NCBI GenBank assembly: GCA_964347865.1
Contig: CAYGAC010000011.1
Location: 3,693-67,692, forward strand
Length of the DNA: 64,000 bases
Direction: 5' to 3'
Source of the DNA: an uncultured Thermoplasmatales archaeon
Lineage (GTDB): Archaea > Thermoplasmatota > E2 > DHVEG-1
Shown here piece by piece: positions 27,840 to 39,700 of this stretch. The position numbers and the translations under genes were made by a program. Below the pieces are notes generated by a model. That model was given only the letters and a program-made list of their open reading frames with translations, was not told the DNA's origin and ran no database searches. Within the stretch, counting starts at the first letter, position 1. Each line of letters opens with the position of its first letter.

Positions 27840-30329
27840 ATGCATAGAAATAAGTTATTCGGGGAGCTAATTGTTTTTAGTATTATATGCCTACTAATTG
27901 GGATAGCTATATTTTCTATTACAGTTAGTTCTAGTACTATAATTGATTCTAAAACAAATTTAGCTGAACCACCAAATTCAATAAATAAAACAGATTTTCC
28001 GGCAACAGGATTTTTTTATGTAGAAAAAAAAGATGATATTTGGTGGCTTGTAAGTCCTGAAGGTGAAAAATTTTACTCTATTGGAATTGCCTATGTTGAA
28101 CCTAGCGATTTTTATTATGGTAATATTTCAGAATGGGTCAACAACACTCAAACAAACCTCGAGAAATGGGGTTTTAATACTCTAAACGGCGGAACCCCCC
28201 ATCTTTTTTCAAATATGCCCTATATTTGTAAACTGAGTTTAAAACAGATAATAGTAGAGGAGGGTTGGACGCACCGACGGATTCCTGATGTTTTCGATCA
28301 GGGATGGAGAAATCAAGTCAGAAATATAATTAATGAAACAGCAAAGAAATTGAGAAATGATCCATATCTTATTGGTTATCAAACGGACAATGAAATGAAA
28401 TGGGGACCAGATGTAGATTTAACGACCCTTATTGAGGTATATTTAGCAGCAAATAAAACAACTGCAGGAAAAAATAAAGTTGTTGAATTTCTAAAGAACA
28501 GATACGAAAATAATGTAAATGATTTCAATAGTGTTTGGAAGATGAATATTAACAGTTTTAACGATCTTTATAATCATACGTAGTTTGGTTTTAAAGGATG
28601 GACAACACGAGATATCAGAGCTAAAGAAGATATCGATATATTCTCAAGACTTATTGCAGAAACATATTTTAATTTTACAAATTCGGTATTAAAAAATGCA
28701 GATCCAAATCATTTGAATTTAGGGGTTCGATTTTTTGTACAGGGTGTACCAAAATCAGTTCTTGAAGAATGTGGTAAATATGTTGATGTTATAAGTATCA
28801 ATTATTATCGGTCAAATGTCATAACTTATGATCCATTTACATATTTGATTTCTAAGGTATTTAATTGTGTCACTCTTGATAATTGGATGTATAATTATCA
28901 TGCAATAACGGATAAACCGTTACTCTCGAGTGAATATTCTTTTCCCGCAAGGGACATTTTTTGGCCAATTTTTTCTAGGAATTATATGCTTCATCGAGAT
29001 ATAATGATAAATGCAAGATACTCTTTTACCCAAAGAGGTAGAGCAGACCTTTTTGAATGGTATACAAAGAATTGTTTAAAATCACCATATGTGATTGGTC
29101 ATACATGGTTTAGATATAGAGATCATTTGAACGTTGTAAATTGGGGATTGGTTAATCTCTGGGATGAACCATATAAAACTCTTGTTAATCGTATGGAGAA
29201 AATAAATAATGAAGCAGTTGAAATTCATGAGAACGCTTCAATATTAACAATAAGAAAAAAGCCAAGTAATATACATTTTCAATTACCATTACATCCAGAG
29301 CAATTAAGTTTTTATATAAAAGAACAAAGTTGTGAATCTATCAAAGATTTCAATTTTACGAATACTAATTTTAAAATTAGAAATCCTCAATTACCCTCAG
29401 AACAAAAAATTAGCAATTATAATGCTAATAATATCATATATGTTGGTGGATCAGGGCCTGGAAATTTTACATTTATTCAAAATGCTATTGACAACGCAAG
29501 CGACGGTGACCTAGTTTTTGTATATAATGGTTCTTATCATGAGTTTTTAACAATTAATAAATCAATTACACTTCTCGGAGAGAATCGAAATAGAACAATA
29601 ATTATCGGGAACTATGATGTCGTAGATGTTGATTACGAAGATGTAATAATAACGATATCCGCTAATAATGTGAAAATTCTGCAATTTACAATTACTAGTG
29701 AAGGAGGATATTATGGAGATTATATTCTCCGTGCTTGCTCGGGCATCTCCGTAGATAATTATGATAATTGTACTATTGAAGGAAATATTTTGAAAAATCT
29801 AGGAACTTTTGGGATCCGTGTACGACTAAGTAATAATAATACAATATTCGGAAACATAATTTTTAATGTGCTTAATAAGAAAGGTTGTGACATATTTATT
29901 GATAGATCAAATTATAGTAATATTGAATCTAATACCTTATTTCTATCTACAATTTGTTGCATTTGGCTTTCTAGATGTACAAATATAAATATTCAAAATA
30001 ATGTAATTGCAGAGAGTTATTATTGTGGAATTATCCTTGAAACTTCGGATAGCATAAATATTAGTGGGAATTCCATAAATGGAAATAAACATACAGGACT
30101 TTTACTAAGAAACTCCAACAATAATATAATTAAATTTAACAATTTCAAAAAAGAAATTTACAGCCGACAAGCATTTTTCATTAATTCAATTAATAATAAT
30201 TGGGAAAGTAACTATTGGGGTCATTATCAATTACTTCCAAAATGTATTTTTGGAAAAAACGGGAACAATGGATTCATTCCAGCTTTTAATTTTGACAATA
30301 ATCCAGCACAAAAGCCATATAATATTTAG
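27840..30329 (+). pseudogene. membrane-anchored clan GH-A-like glycosidase fused to a NosD-like beta-helix, interrupted by a single in-frame TAG at 28581-28583
   Basis: ORFs 27840-28583 and 28713-30329 share a frame, and 28584-28712 has no stop in that frame. Motifs include YQTDNEMKWG, ISINYY, LLSSEYSF and YVGGSGPGNFTFIQNAIDNASDGDLVFVY. Confidence 0.6.
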
Positions 30330-30465
30330 ACATAACAAAACATTATTTTTTAGATTAAATCATTGATTGTTAAATAACACGAAAACTTCAAAACTATAAT
30401 CATGTATTAATTAGGTTAAGAATCATTCAAATTACTTGATCAAGAAATCATGAGGTACATAAATA

Positions 30466-32088
30466 ATGGAAAAAACAGTTCTGCTAGGAATAGACGGAGC
30501 GACACCTGATCTTATGGAAAAATGGATGGATCAGGGAAAACTCCCCAATTTCCAAAAAATAAAAAAGAATGGTGCTTGGGGAAAACTAAAATCTACAACT
30601 CCACCGTTTAGCGCTCCAGCCTGGACTTCAATAGTAACTGGTTGTAATCCAGGAAAACACAGTATTTATGGTTTTGAAAGAACGGAAACTCTTGATCAAC
30701 ATCTGATAAGTTCTAGCTATCGAAGAGTTCCGGCTATTTGGAATTATTTAACAGATATCGGCTTGAAAAGTATTATAATTAATGTACTTGGTACGTATCC
30801 TCCTGAAAAAATCAATGGTACAATTATTACTGGGTTACTTACACCATCCCATGATTCTAATTTTACGTATCCAGAAAAAATCAAAGAACGATTGACCGAA
30901 AATGATCTAGGTGAATATGATTTAGAACAATTATGGCTTGATGATTTTTCACGTTCACGAATGAAAAAACGAAATCCCCAAAAATTTATAAATAATATTA
31001 ACAACCAAATGACGTCTCGTTTTAAAGTAGGATTAAATCTAATGAAAGAAACCGACTTTGATTTTACTATGATAGTTTTTCGCGGAACTGATACTGCACA
31101 ACATTTTTTATTCGATGATGAACATCTATTACTATTATGCTATCAGAAAGTTGACCAGCTAGTTGGAAAAATTATTGACAATTTTCCAAATGCAACTTTT
31201 TTAATAGTTTCTGATCATGGTTTTGGGAAAATCAAAAAAATATTTTTTCCAGATAATGGACTATATAATGCTAAATTTTTAACTCCATCTCAAGATCCTT
31301 ATAAAAGCGTTATCTCTCAATTATATAATTTTATTAATCGGGTCATTAGCTATGCTATCAAGTTTTTACCCCAAGAATTTTTTAGAGAATCAAAGGTAAT
31401 TAAAAAGATAATTTTCTCAGGAATTTCTAAAACTAAATTAATTGATTTTTCAAAGACCTTGGCTTTTTCAACAGCAGAAGGTCGTTGCATTCAAATATGT
31501 AGAAAAGATAAATATAAAGAAGGAATTGTGGAAGAAAAAGATTACAATAACTTATGCGATGAGATAAGTAAGTTTCTATTAGAGTTAAAAGATCCAGAAG
31601 ATGGCAGTCAAATTATTGAAAAAGTATATCGTTGGAACGAAATCTATGGGCAAAATGCAATTAATCCCCCAGATATCACGTTTGCTCCAAAGAAAGGAAT
31701 ATCCACAAACGAATGGATGCGTTTTCCAAATAAAATCAATGAAATAATTCATTCAAAAAAACATAATATTCCTTATATTTTTTATCAAGATCTCGCCGGA
31801 CGATCAGGTGACCATACTCCATACGGTATAATTTGTGCCTACGGGAAAAATATTACGAAAGGACATATAATAAAAAAAGCATCTGTGGAAGATGTTCTTC
31901 CCACGATTTTTAATGCAATAGGCATATCATCACCTCCAATTATCGATGGAGAAATCCTTGTAGATATCTTTACTAAAAAATTTAAAGTGAAAACAATAGA
32001 TTGGAAATCTTATCCTGCTTCAAAACAACCATTATCCAAAGCAGAGATGAAGAAAATTAAAAAACTAAAAAATAAGCTTAAAACATAA
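30466..32088 (+). CDS. alkaline-phosphatase-superfamily enzyme (type I phosphodiesterase/nucleotide pyrophosphatase family)
   Basis: LLGIDGATPDL, TTPPFSAPAWTSIVTG, LIVSDHGF and SGDHTP metal-ligand motifs. Confidence 0.75.
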   Translation: MEKTVLLGIDGATPDLMEKWMDQGKLPNFQKIKKNGAWGKLKSTTPPFSAPAWTSIVTGCNPGKHSIYGFERTETLDQHLISSSYRRVPAIWNYLTDIGLKSIIINVLGTYPPEKINGTIITGLLTPSHDSNFTYPEKIKERLTENDLGEYDLEQLWLDDFSRSRMKKRNPQKFINNINNQMTSRFKVGLNLMKETDFDFTMIVFRGTDTAQHFLFDDEHLLLLCYQKVDQLVGKIIDNFPNATFLIVSDHGFGKIKKIFFPDNGLYNAKFLTPSQDPYKSVISQLYNFINRVISYAIKFLPQEFFRESKVIKKIIFSGISKTKLIDFSKTLAFSTAEGRCIQICRKDKYKEGIVEEKDYNNLCDEISKFLLELKDPEDGSQIIEKVYRWNEIYGQNAINPPDITFAPKKGISTNEWMRFPNKINEIIHSKKHNIPYIFYQDLAGRSGDHTPYGIICAYGKNITKGHIIKKASVEDVLPTIFNAIGISSPPIIDGEILVDIFTKKFKVKTIDWKSYPASKQPLSKAEMKKIKKLKNKLKT

Positions 32089-32202
32089 TTAACTCACTTG
32101 GTAATGATTTATATTCATAATCTCCAGACTAATAGATAAACATTATAAAAATGAAATTTGTTATAAAGGTTGAATATTAAACAATAGATACACGTGCGAA
32201 AT

Positions 32203-33024
32203 ATGTCATCTACTCATTCAGAACTTACAATAGGGATACCAACCTGTGCTCGGGAAGAATCAATTTTATTGTGTATAAATTCGGTTTTAAAAAATGTAAG
32301 TATTCCATTTGATCTTATAGTTGTTGATAATACAAAGGCGTATTATCAACCAAAAATAAATCTATCTGAAATATTTGATATCTACAAATATGTTGAGATC
32401 GAGAAACCTATTGGACCAAGCGCTTCAAGAAAAATAATTGCAGAAAATACTTCTACTGAATTCCTCTTATATCTGGATGATGATAATCTTGTTAGAAAAA
32501 ATACAGTTGAAACAATGATGCAACATCTAAAAAATAATCCTAATGTTTCCATTGTTTCTGGAGCTTGGTATGAAAAAAGAAATTACAAATTTGGACAAAA
32601 TTTTAATTTTGGTACAAAAAATGGAAAAAATATAGTATTCAAGACATTTGTCAGTTATGATAAGGTTAAAAAAATGGGACTTTCTTCTGTTAGATTTGAT
32701 TCAGTTTTCGCCTCGATGCTTTGTAGAACTAACATTTTTAAGAAGGTTATGTTTGATGAACACTATAGGTGGTTCTATGAACTGTTTGATTTTTTTTTGC
32801 AATGTTACCATGAAAACATAATTATTGAATCTTTAACTGATGTTGTAATTGATCATAGACCTTACAAGTATTCAGGAAAAACTATGAAACATGATAAACG
32901 AAGAATGGAAGGTAAAGAGATATTCATAAAAAAATGGGGAATAACACCAATTGGACAACTCGGTCAAGATTTTGGTATAATTTCGAAATTATACAGTAAG
33001 ATATTTTCTATGACCAACAAGTGA
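32203..33024 (+). CDS. family 2 glycosyltransferase
   Basis: LTIGIPTCAREESILLCINSV...DLIVVDN and LYLDDD (DxD). Confidence 0.8.
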   Translation: MSSTHSELTIGIPTCAREESILLCINSVLKNVSIPFDLIVVDNTKAYYQPKINLSEIFDIYKYVEIEKPIGPSASRKIIAENTSTEFLLYLDDDNLVRKNTVETMMQHLKNNPNVSIVSGAWYEKRNYKFGQNFNFGTKNGKNIVFKTFVSYDKVKKMGLSSVRFDSVFASMLCRTNIFKKVMFDEHYRWFYELFDFFLQCYHENIIIESLTDVVIDHRPYKYSGKTMKHDKRRMEGKEIFIKKWGITPIGQLGQDFGIISKLYSKIFSMTNK

Positions 33025-33029
33025 ATAAA

Positions 33030-34028
33030 ATGATTACATTATCGAAAATGTTTTGGAAAATTATAACTTTTATATATTTTGGTGACAAACCGGAATCTCC
33101 AATCAGTAGTTTAAAATATATCAGAATTATCGATTCATTAATTTACAGGTTTTCGAGAGGAACAGCAAATTTTGAAACACTCCTTTATAAATATGTTTTA
33201 TTAACTAAAAAATTAAGATATGTTTCGAATTTCAATCCAATAGTCATTGGAGGTTGTCCGAGAAGTGGTACAACATTAGCACGAGCATTAATCGGTATAC
33301 ATCCAAAAATTGCAAGTCCCCAACTAGAATGTAATATTTTACCAATGCCCAGAGATATGAATTTTTTAAAAAACGTTTTTGAATTCTCGTCTAAAGAAAT
33401 CAATGAATTAAATACATCATATAAAGATCCAGTTTCTTTCACAGAAAAAACCTTGAAATTGTATACCCAAAAGGAAAAAAAACAATTCGTTGCTTTGAAA
33501 AATCCTTTTCATATTGTTATTGTCAAACAACTTTTCCATTATTTTCCAAATATGAAATTTATTCATGTTATTAGAGATGGTAGAGACACTGCTTGTTCAT
33601 TAAGAACCTTTCCTAAGAGAAAAATAGTAAATGGTCAAATTGTCCCAAATATTATAAGAAATCCTTTTCATTGGTGTATAAGACGCTGGGTATTATGTGT
33701 TAAGCGAGGAAGAAAAAAAGGGATTATGAATGATAGATATTTCGAAGTAAAATACGAAAATTTAGTTTTCAATACAGAAATTACCTTGCAAAAAATATTT
33801 GAATTCATTGGTGTAGAAATGATAATTTTAGATGATCTTCTCAATTTTTATAAATATGAAAAAGAAGACAAACATTTACAGCAAACTGTAGGAGTAAAGA
33901 AACCAATATATCAAAAATCAATTGAAAGATGGAAAAATGATATGGACGAGAATGAAAAAGAAAAATTCAAACATATGGGCGGGAAATTGTTGATAGATTT
34001 GGAATATGAAACAGATTTAAATTGGTGA
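33030..34028 (+). CDS. sulfotransferase-family protein
   Basis: PAPS 5'-phosphosulfate loop GCPRSGTTL and 3'-phosphate motif VIRDGRDTACS. Confidence 0.75.
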   Translation: MITLSKMFWKIITFIYFGDKPESPISSLKYIRIIDSLIYRFSRGTANFETLLYKYVLLTKKLRYVSNFNPIVIGGCPRSGTTLARALIGIHPKIASPQLECNILPMPRDMNFLKNVFEFSSKEINELNTSYKDPVSFTEKTLKLYTQKEKKQFVALKNPFHIVIVKQLFHYFPNMKFIHVIRDGRDTACSLRTFPKRKIVNGQIVPNIIRNPFHWCIRRWVLCVKRGRKKGIMNDRYFEVKYENLVFNTEITLQKIFEFIGVEMIILDDLLNFYKYEKEDKHLQQTVGVKKPIYQKSIERWKNDMDENEKEKFKHMGGKLLIDLEYETDLNW

Positions 34029-34128
34029 TCATAATCTAATTTTCTATTCTGTTAGATAAAGTTATTATTAGAGTAACTACTATTTTTAACAACTATAAAA
34101 TTCTGAATTTACTAAATAATTGTTAAGA

Positions 34129-35334
34129 TTATTTTTTTTGCAACCAACCCAAAACGTTTTTTTCAAAATAATCTTGTAAATTTTCTAGAGAAAATTTTTG
34201 TGCATTTTTCAATGCTTCACCTTTTAAAATCTCTAATTTTTCTGTATTCAAGATTAGTTCGTCAATCATTGCTTCAAGATCTTTTGAATTTTTATATTTT
34301 AAGGATGAACTGTCTAGCTCTCTTAACATATTAAACTCGTTTGGTGCAATGATTGGCTTAGCATATTGAATTGCGTTATATATAATCCCACTTCCCACAG
34401 TTTTTCCATATTCTTCCTCGATTTCATTATCTGCTCTGGTTTTAATTCTCATCGGAGTTAAAATTATGTCACTCTCTTTTAGCTCCTTATCAAAAATATC
34501 GTCTTTTACAAAACTATCAAATAAGATCACTTCATAGTTTTCCTTTTTCATTTCTTTAAATTTATTAAGAACACGTTCCCCATATCTCCCGACAGGCATC
34601 CCTAGAACACAAAGTCTTAGTTTTTCCCGATGGCGGTTAAACAATTTTTCAAAAACCGGAAAAATAGTTGCAAAATCCTTACGATGCTCTTGAATTAAAC
34701 CAGGAATTACAACTCGTAATGTACTATTGTTTTTCTCCTTATTTATTATAATTTTATCTTCAAAAATTGAAGTCGGTATTGTAAAAATCTCTTTATCAAA
34801 TCCTATATTTGTAATTATATGATCTTTAACTGGACTGTAAATAACATTAATAGCATCAAATTTTGGAAATATAAATTTCTTAATTAAAACTGAACTAAAA
34901 TTTGTGTCTATCGTTCGTATTATATGTTTGATATTAAGCACAAGCGTAGGTCTTAACCAAGCATTTACATGATGAACAACAAGTATAGTTTTTGATTTAA
35001 TATCAAATGAAAGATATTCTATAAGATCAAAAATTGTTTCATGAATTGTATTAATAAAGAGTAAGTCAATTTTTTCATTACAGATGCTTTTTACTCGTTT
35101 TAAAAAGTGATGGATACTTTCATTTTTCTCTTTAATTACAAAATTAAAATTATTTTTATCTTTCAAATAAGTTTCTAATCGTGAAAATAAATCTGCTGTT
35201 GTGAATATAGTCACATTTGTATTCTTTGTTTTACAAACCTTGCCAAAGGTGTACAGTACTGGTACATGACGACGTACTTCAAGGATTCCAATTTCTATTG
35301 GACTTTCGGATTTTAGATTGTTTACAACAGTCAT
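34129..35334 (-). CDS. GT-B fold glycosyltransferase (GT4-like, tentative)
   Basis: 401 aa. The C-terminal half contains EEYGKTVGSGIIYNAIQYAKPIIAP, which resembles the GT-B donor-binding region. Confidence 0.5.
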   Translation of the reverse strand: MTVVNNLKSESPIEIGILEVRRHVPVLYTFGKVCKTKNTNVTIFTTADLFSRLETYLKDKNNFNFVIKEKNESIHHFLKRVKSICNEKIDLLFINTIHETIFDLIEYLSFDIKSKTILVVHHVNAWLRPTLVLNIKHIIRTIDTNFSSVLIKKFIFPKFDAINVIYSPVKDHIITNIGFDKEIFTIPTSIFEDKIIINKEKNNSTLRVVIPGLIQEHRKDFATIFPVFEKLFNRHREKLRLCVLGMPVGRYGERVLNKFKEMKKENYEVILFDSFVKDDIFDKELKESDIILTPMRIKTRADNEIEEEYGKTVGSGIIYNAIQYAKPIIAPNEFNMLRELDSSSLKYKNSKDLEAMIDELILNTEKLEILKGEALKNAQKFSLENLQDYFEKNVLGWLQKK

Positions 35335-35445
35335 TCATTTTTCTCCTTTTTAATCCATATTTGATTAATTTTATGTTATCCGTAAATGATGTATATTTCA
35401 ACATCACTATCTCACAAAGATGTCGTTTATATGAAATCGATATAT

Positions 35446-36750
35446 TTAGGTTAATCCTTCTTGTTTAATAATCTCTAGAAGTAATTTAACTGCGTTTTTA
35501 TCTCCTCTAGGTTTAGGTAAGATTTCAGCTAATTTTTGAGCATTTTTTAAATATTTATCGTAATTATGAAAAATTTCATCAATTACCTGTAACAATTTTT
35601 CTTTCTTGAAATGTTTTCTCGATAAAATTACTCCCATCCCATATCTTACCAACATTTCAAGATTAAGATGTTGCTCAAATTGCATTGGAAATCCAATTAC
35701 TGGTTTTCCAGAATAGGCAGCTGTATAAACAGTACCTTGTCCACCATGAATAATTGCTAAATCTACAGATTGATTTATTATTTTCATAGAAGGGACAAAT
35801 TTTTTGAGGAGAATATTATCATTTAACTTCGGTATTTCATCATCCTTGAAAATTGAAGTATAGACAGCGATAACATTGTAATCTGTTTCGTTCAATGTTT
35901 CTAAAATATCGAGAAATAATTCTTTTGTACCTGAGCTACCTAATGATAATAGAATTGATTTACCTGGTCGTTGAAGATGCCTATTTATATCATTTTTTTC
36001 ATTCGTTGAATTTTTTTCAGAAAATGATTTAGTAAAAAGTTCATCTAAAAATATAGGACCTATATAATATTCATTATTAGGAACATCCGACTTTTCTAAG
36101 GGTAAAACCTCTAAAAAATCTGTGTATAAAGTATAATCACCTTTATTGAGGTCGCTTGTTAGACTGAGGTGTTTTGCATGTGGATATTTTTTTGCAATTT
36201 GATTAAATGGCCGAATCCACATTTTCATTCGAGGGCCGTACCAGTTTATAATTTTAAGCTTTAAAGAATTTGGAATTATACGCGTAAAAAAAAATTCCGC
36301 ATCATCAGGATATTTAGTAAAATCCCCATAAACTCTTGGGGTTATCGATATAAGAGGAATTCTATTCGCTCTAGCAGATATACTACAAGGGAAGTTGTTA
36401 GTTGTTAATATCAGTTTAACACCTGTATTGTTGAATGCATCTATCTCTGCTTCTACATGTTCTAATACTTCTTTTTTTGAAAAAGGTACACTAAAATCCT
36501 CCATTCGCGAACATTTCCATAAATGATCAATAAATTGATCAGTGTAAATAGGGTTGACTTGGACGACTTTACATCCTATTTCTTTAGCAAGGTATTCATA
36601 TTTTCCACCATGGCTAAAAAAAATAGCTTGACCACCAAGTTCAATATACCGTTTAGCTATGAGTACAGCACGACCAGTTTCAGCAAGATTATAAAAAAGA
36701 GGGAAGAATCCTACAAGTGGTTTTTTACTAGATGATATTGTTTTACTCAT
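35446..36750 (-). CDS. GT1-family (MGT/UDP-glycosyltransferase-like) glycosyltransferase
   Basis: IHGGQGTVYTAAYSGKPVIGFPMQFEQHLN is the nucleotide-sugar binding signature. Confidence 0.75.
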   Translation of the reverse strand: MSKTISSSKKPLVGFFPLFYNLAETGRAVLIAKRYIELGGQAIFFSHGGKYEYLAKEIGCKVVQVNPIYTDQFIDHLWKCSRMEDFSVPFSKKEVLEHVEAEIDAFNNTGVKLILTTNNFPCSISARANRIPLISITPRVYGDFTKYPDDAEFFFTRIIPNSLKLKIINWYGPRMKMWIRPFNQIAKKYPHAKHLSLTSDLNKGDYTLYTDFLEVLPLEKSDVPNNEYYIGPIFLDELFTKSFSEKNSTNEKNDINRHLQRPGKSILLSLGSSGTKELFLDILETLNETDYNVIAVYTSIFKDDEIPKLNDNILLKKFVPSMKIINQSVDLAIIHGGQGTVYTAAYSGKPVIGFPMQFEQHLNLEMLVRYGMGVILSRKHFKKEKLLQVIDEIFHNYDKYLKNAQKLAEILPKPRGDKNAVKLLLEIIKQEGLT

Positions 36751-36754
36751 AGTA

Positions 36755-39700
36755 CTATCTTTTATCTATAATATCTTTTTTAAGTGTATCTTCTATCTTT
36801 AATAAAGATATTCTTTTTTTATCACTTCTTGCTTCAAAAATAGATATTATAAATCCATAGAAACCAGTTAGAACATCGGTTATTAGATGACCAGCAATTG
36901 AAAGAACTAATGCCTTTTCTGGGGAAACTCCATAAAATGAGAAAAGAAAAATCAGCGTTGCCTCCCGCGTTCCAAGCCCTGCTGATGTTATGGGTATGAA
37001 CGCTACCACATTCGCTATTGGATATAACATAAGGAATTCAAAATACGGCACCTCGATATCCAATGACAATCCTAAAATGTAGATCTGTGAATATATAATA
37101 ATCCAGGAGGAAATGACGATTATAAATGGGCATATTAAACTTTTAATACTCGGAAAATCCTTGTAAAAACTGTCAACAAATCTAGTTAGGTAAGGTTTAA
37201 ACTTTTTTGGTATTAATAATTTTATAAGAATATGGAATGTTTTTTCTCCCCTTTCTTTTTTAATAAAGAAACCGTAAATAGCTAAAGTAGCTAGCAGGAA
37301 AATAATAGTAATCAGAAAAACTTCAGGAACTCTATTTATAATTATAAAAGCACCGATAATCATCATTATATAAAGAGATAAGGTATGAACTCCCTCTTCG
37401 ACAATTAAATTTACAAATAATTTACCGGTAGGTTCACCTGTTTTCTCTTTTAAATGAGGTATTCTCATTAATTGACCAACATATCCGGGTGTTATAGAAC
37501 CATAAAAGTAACCTATTAAAAATATCTTTAATGAGGTGATGAAACTAACATTTATCTTTTGTTTTTTGAGGATGATTTGCCAGACATAGTTTCTTATAAA
37601 CATCCTTGGAATTGTTAGAGATGCAGAAATTATAATTAAGTAGGGAGATATTTTCAAAAAGGTAGATGCTATCTCATCAGTACCAATATCAATAATAAGA
37701 TAGATGAGTAAAAAGATACCAATAAGTGGCATAAATCTCTTAATATATTTTAAAATATTCTCTCTATTAAGAAATCTATTTTTCTTCCTTTCTTTTAATA
37801 TTTTTTTAAAGTTGAAAAATGCAAAAATTAAAACAATGATAGCAGCAACTAAACAAAAATAAAACCCTATGCTTGGTCCCCAATTGCTAGATACTGTTGT
37901 ACGTATGCCCTCTCCAATTAAACTAATATCTAAATCTCCTCCTCCAAAAAAACCTCCAACTCCAATTTTGCATAATTCGGACATTGCATAATAAAATACA
38001 ACAATAGAGAAGGTTAGTGCGAGAGCTCCAAAAGATATTGATAAGAATAAAAGCCTATTTTTATTAAATTTATCTAAAAAAATGTTTATAATTATTAAAA
38101 TACATCCTATTACAATTGAAATAAACAATAAAATCATTGCATTTGTAAATATTTCTGGTAAAGATACTATTTCCCCAGCAAGAAGATTTGGAGAGGTTAC
38201 TGATGTAACCATCGTTGGAGGGATCAAAAACATTTTTGATGAAGTTTCTATTTGAGAAACAGCACCATCTATGCTCCACCATGGACTAATAATTGAAATA
38301 ATTGCTAAGGTTACTGCTAATATTTTTAGGAATAATCTAATATCTTTTTTTCTATAGCTAAGAAATAAACCAATGAATAAAAACAAAATAGAAGAAAGTG
38401 TTACTATTAATGGAAAAACGGGTTTCTCATTTGTTATTAAATCATATGTTCTTTCATTATTAACATTGATTTTTCTTTCTCCTATTAGATTATCATTCCT
38501 ATATGTTTTTATTTTATAATTACCTGGAGGTAAGGATATCTGAACAAATCCTTTTTCTTCAGAATTTATTTCTGTTTTTTTACCCGATCTTGTTATTTCA
38601 GTTAGCACATTATTTAACAGAATTCCCCGAGAATCGAAAACTTTCATTTTTACATTAAATTCTGCAGGAAATACAAGAGATCTCTCCGTTTCGTCGGGAA
38701 CTTCGATATTTTCTTTTACAAAGAATAACTTATATTGTAAATAAAGAAGATAATTGGTAGGAATAAGATTCGTAAAATGATAATTATTTTTTTGAATTTC
38801 ATCTGGATATAACTCTGTTGGTTCATCCATTTCATTGCTAATTAAAAATGGATCAAGAGTGATTTCTGGAGCTAAATCCCAGGTATCTAAAATTTCTAAG
38901 TCAAAATCGTATCTTTTAATATCTATTGATTTTTTTATTGGAAAAATATTTCTGTAATATCTTAACCTAAAAGAATCATTATAGACAGCAAATCCATTAT
39001 ATAGAATCTTTAGTTCATATTTGTACAAATTATTACATGGAATTTTTATTAATGATTTGCCTTCTCCATCAGTTATGGATTCCGATATTGAAACGTTATC
39101 TTTTGCAATAATCAACTTAGCGTCATTTATTGCATTATTATTTTGATCTACTAGAGAAACTTGTACGGAGCCTTCTGGTCTACAAAATACATGGATCTTT
39201 GTGCTTTCCTTTATGTCTACAATCTTAAATCCTATAAATTTCCTTTCTTTTCCAAAAAAAGGATTCTCGATAAAGATCTTGACAAGGTATCTTCCCGGTT
39301 TGAGATTTTGAAAATTTATCTTTTTAAAGAAAGTTAGATTTTTCCAGTCAAAAATACCCAATGCTAATTTAATTTTCTCAATAATCTTTGTATCCTCAAA
39401 ACTAGGAATCGGATTTGTTAATAATCGTCCTCCTATTCCTGTTGAAATAAGCTCATTATTGTAGTATAATTCTGCACCGATATAGGATAGATTTTTACCG
39501 GTTAATATAGATAGAGCAGATCCCATAGGTGTTGATGGTTTCAAATGAACAAAAACTGTTAGAGAACTGCCCCCTACTTCTTCCTCCTCTTCTATAATTT
39601 CTTCTTTATGTGAAGGACTTATTTTTATTATTGATTGAAAAAGCTCCGCTTCTTTTTCAACACCTCTATATCCCCCTACATCAGTTGAAAAGAATTCAGC

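Noticed and set aside
28581-28583. In-frame TAG as a pyrrolysine codon
   Set aside because: TAG is used as an ordinary stop by several confident genes in this window, for example 753-755, 14053-14055, 30327-30329, 49949-51292, 53104-53106 and 56859-56861. No pyl genes are visible here. A nonsense mutation or variant is more parsimonious.
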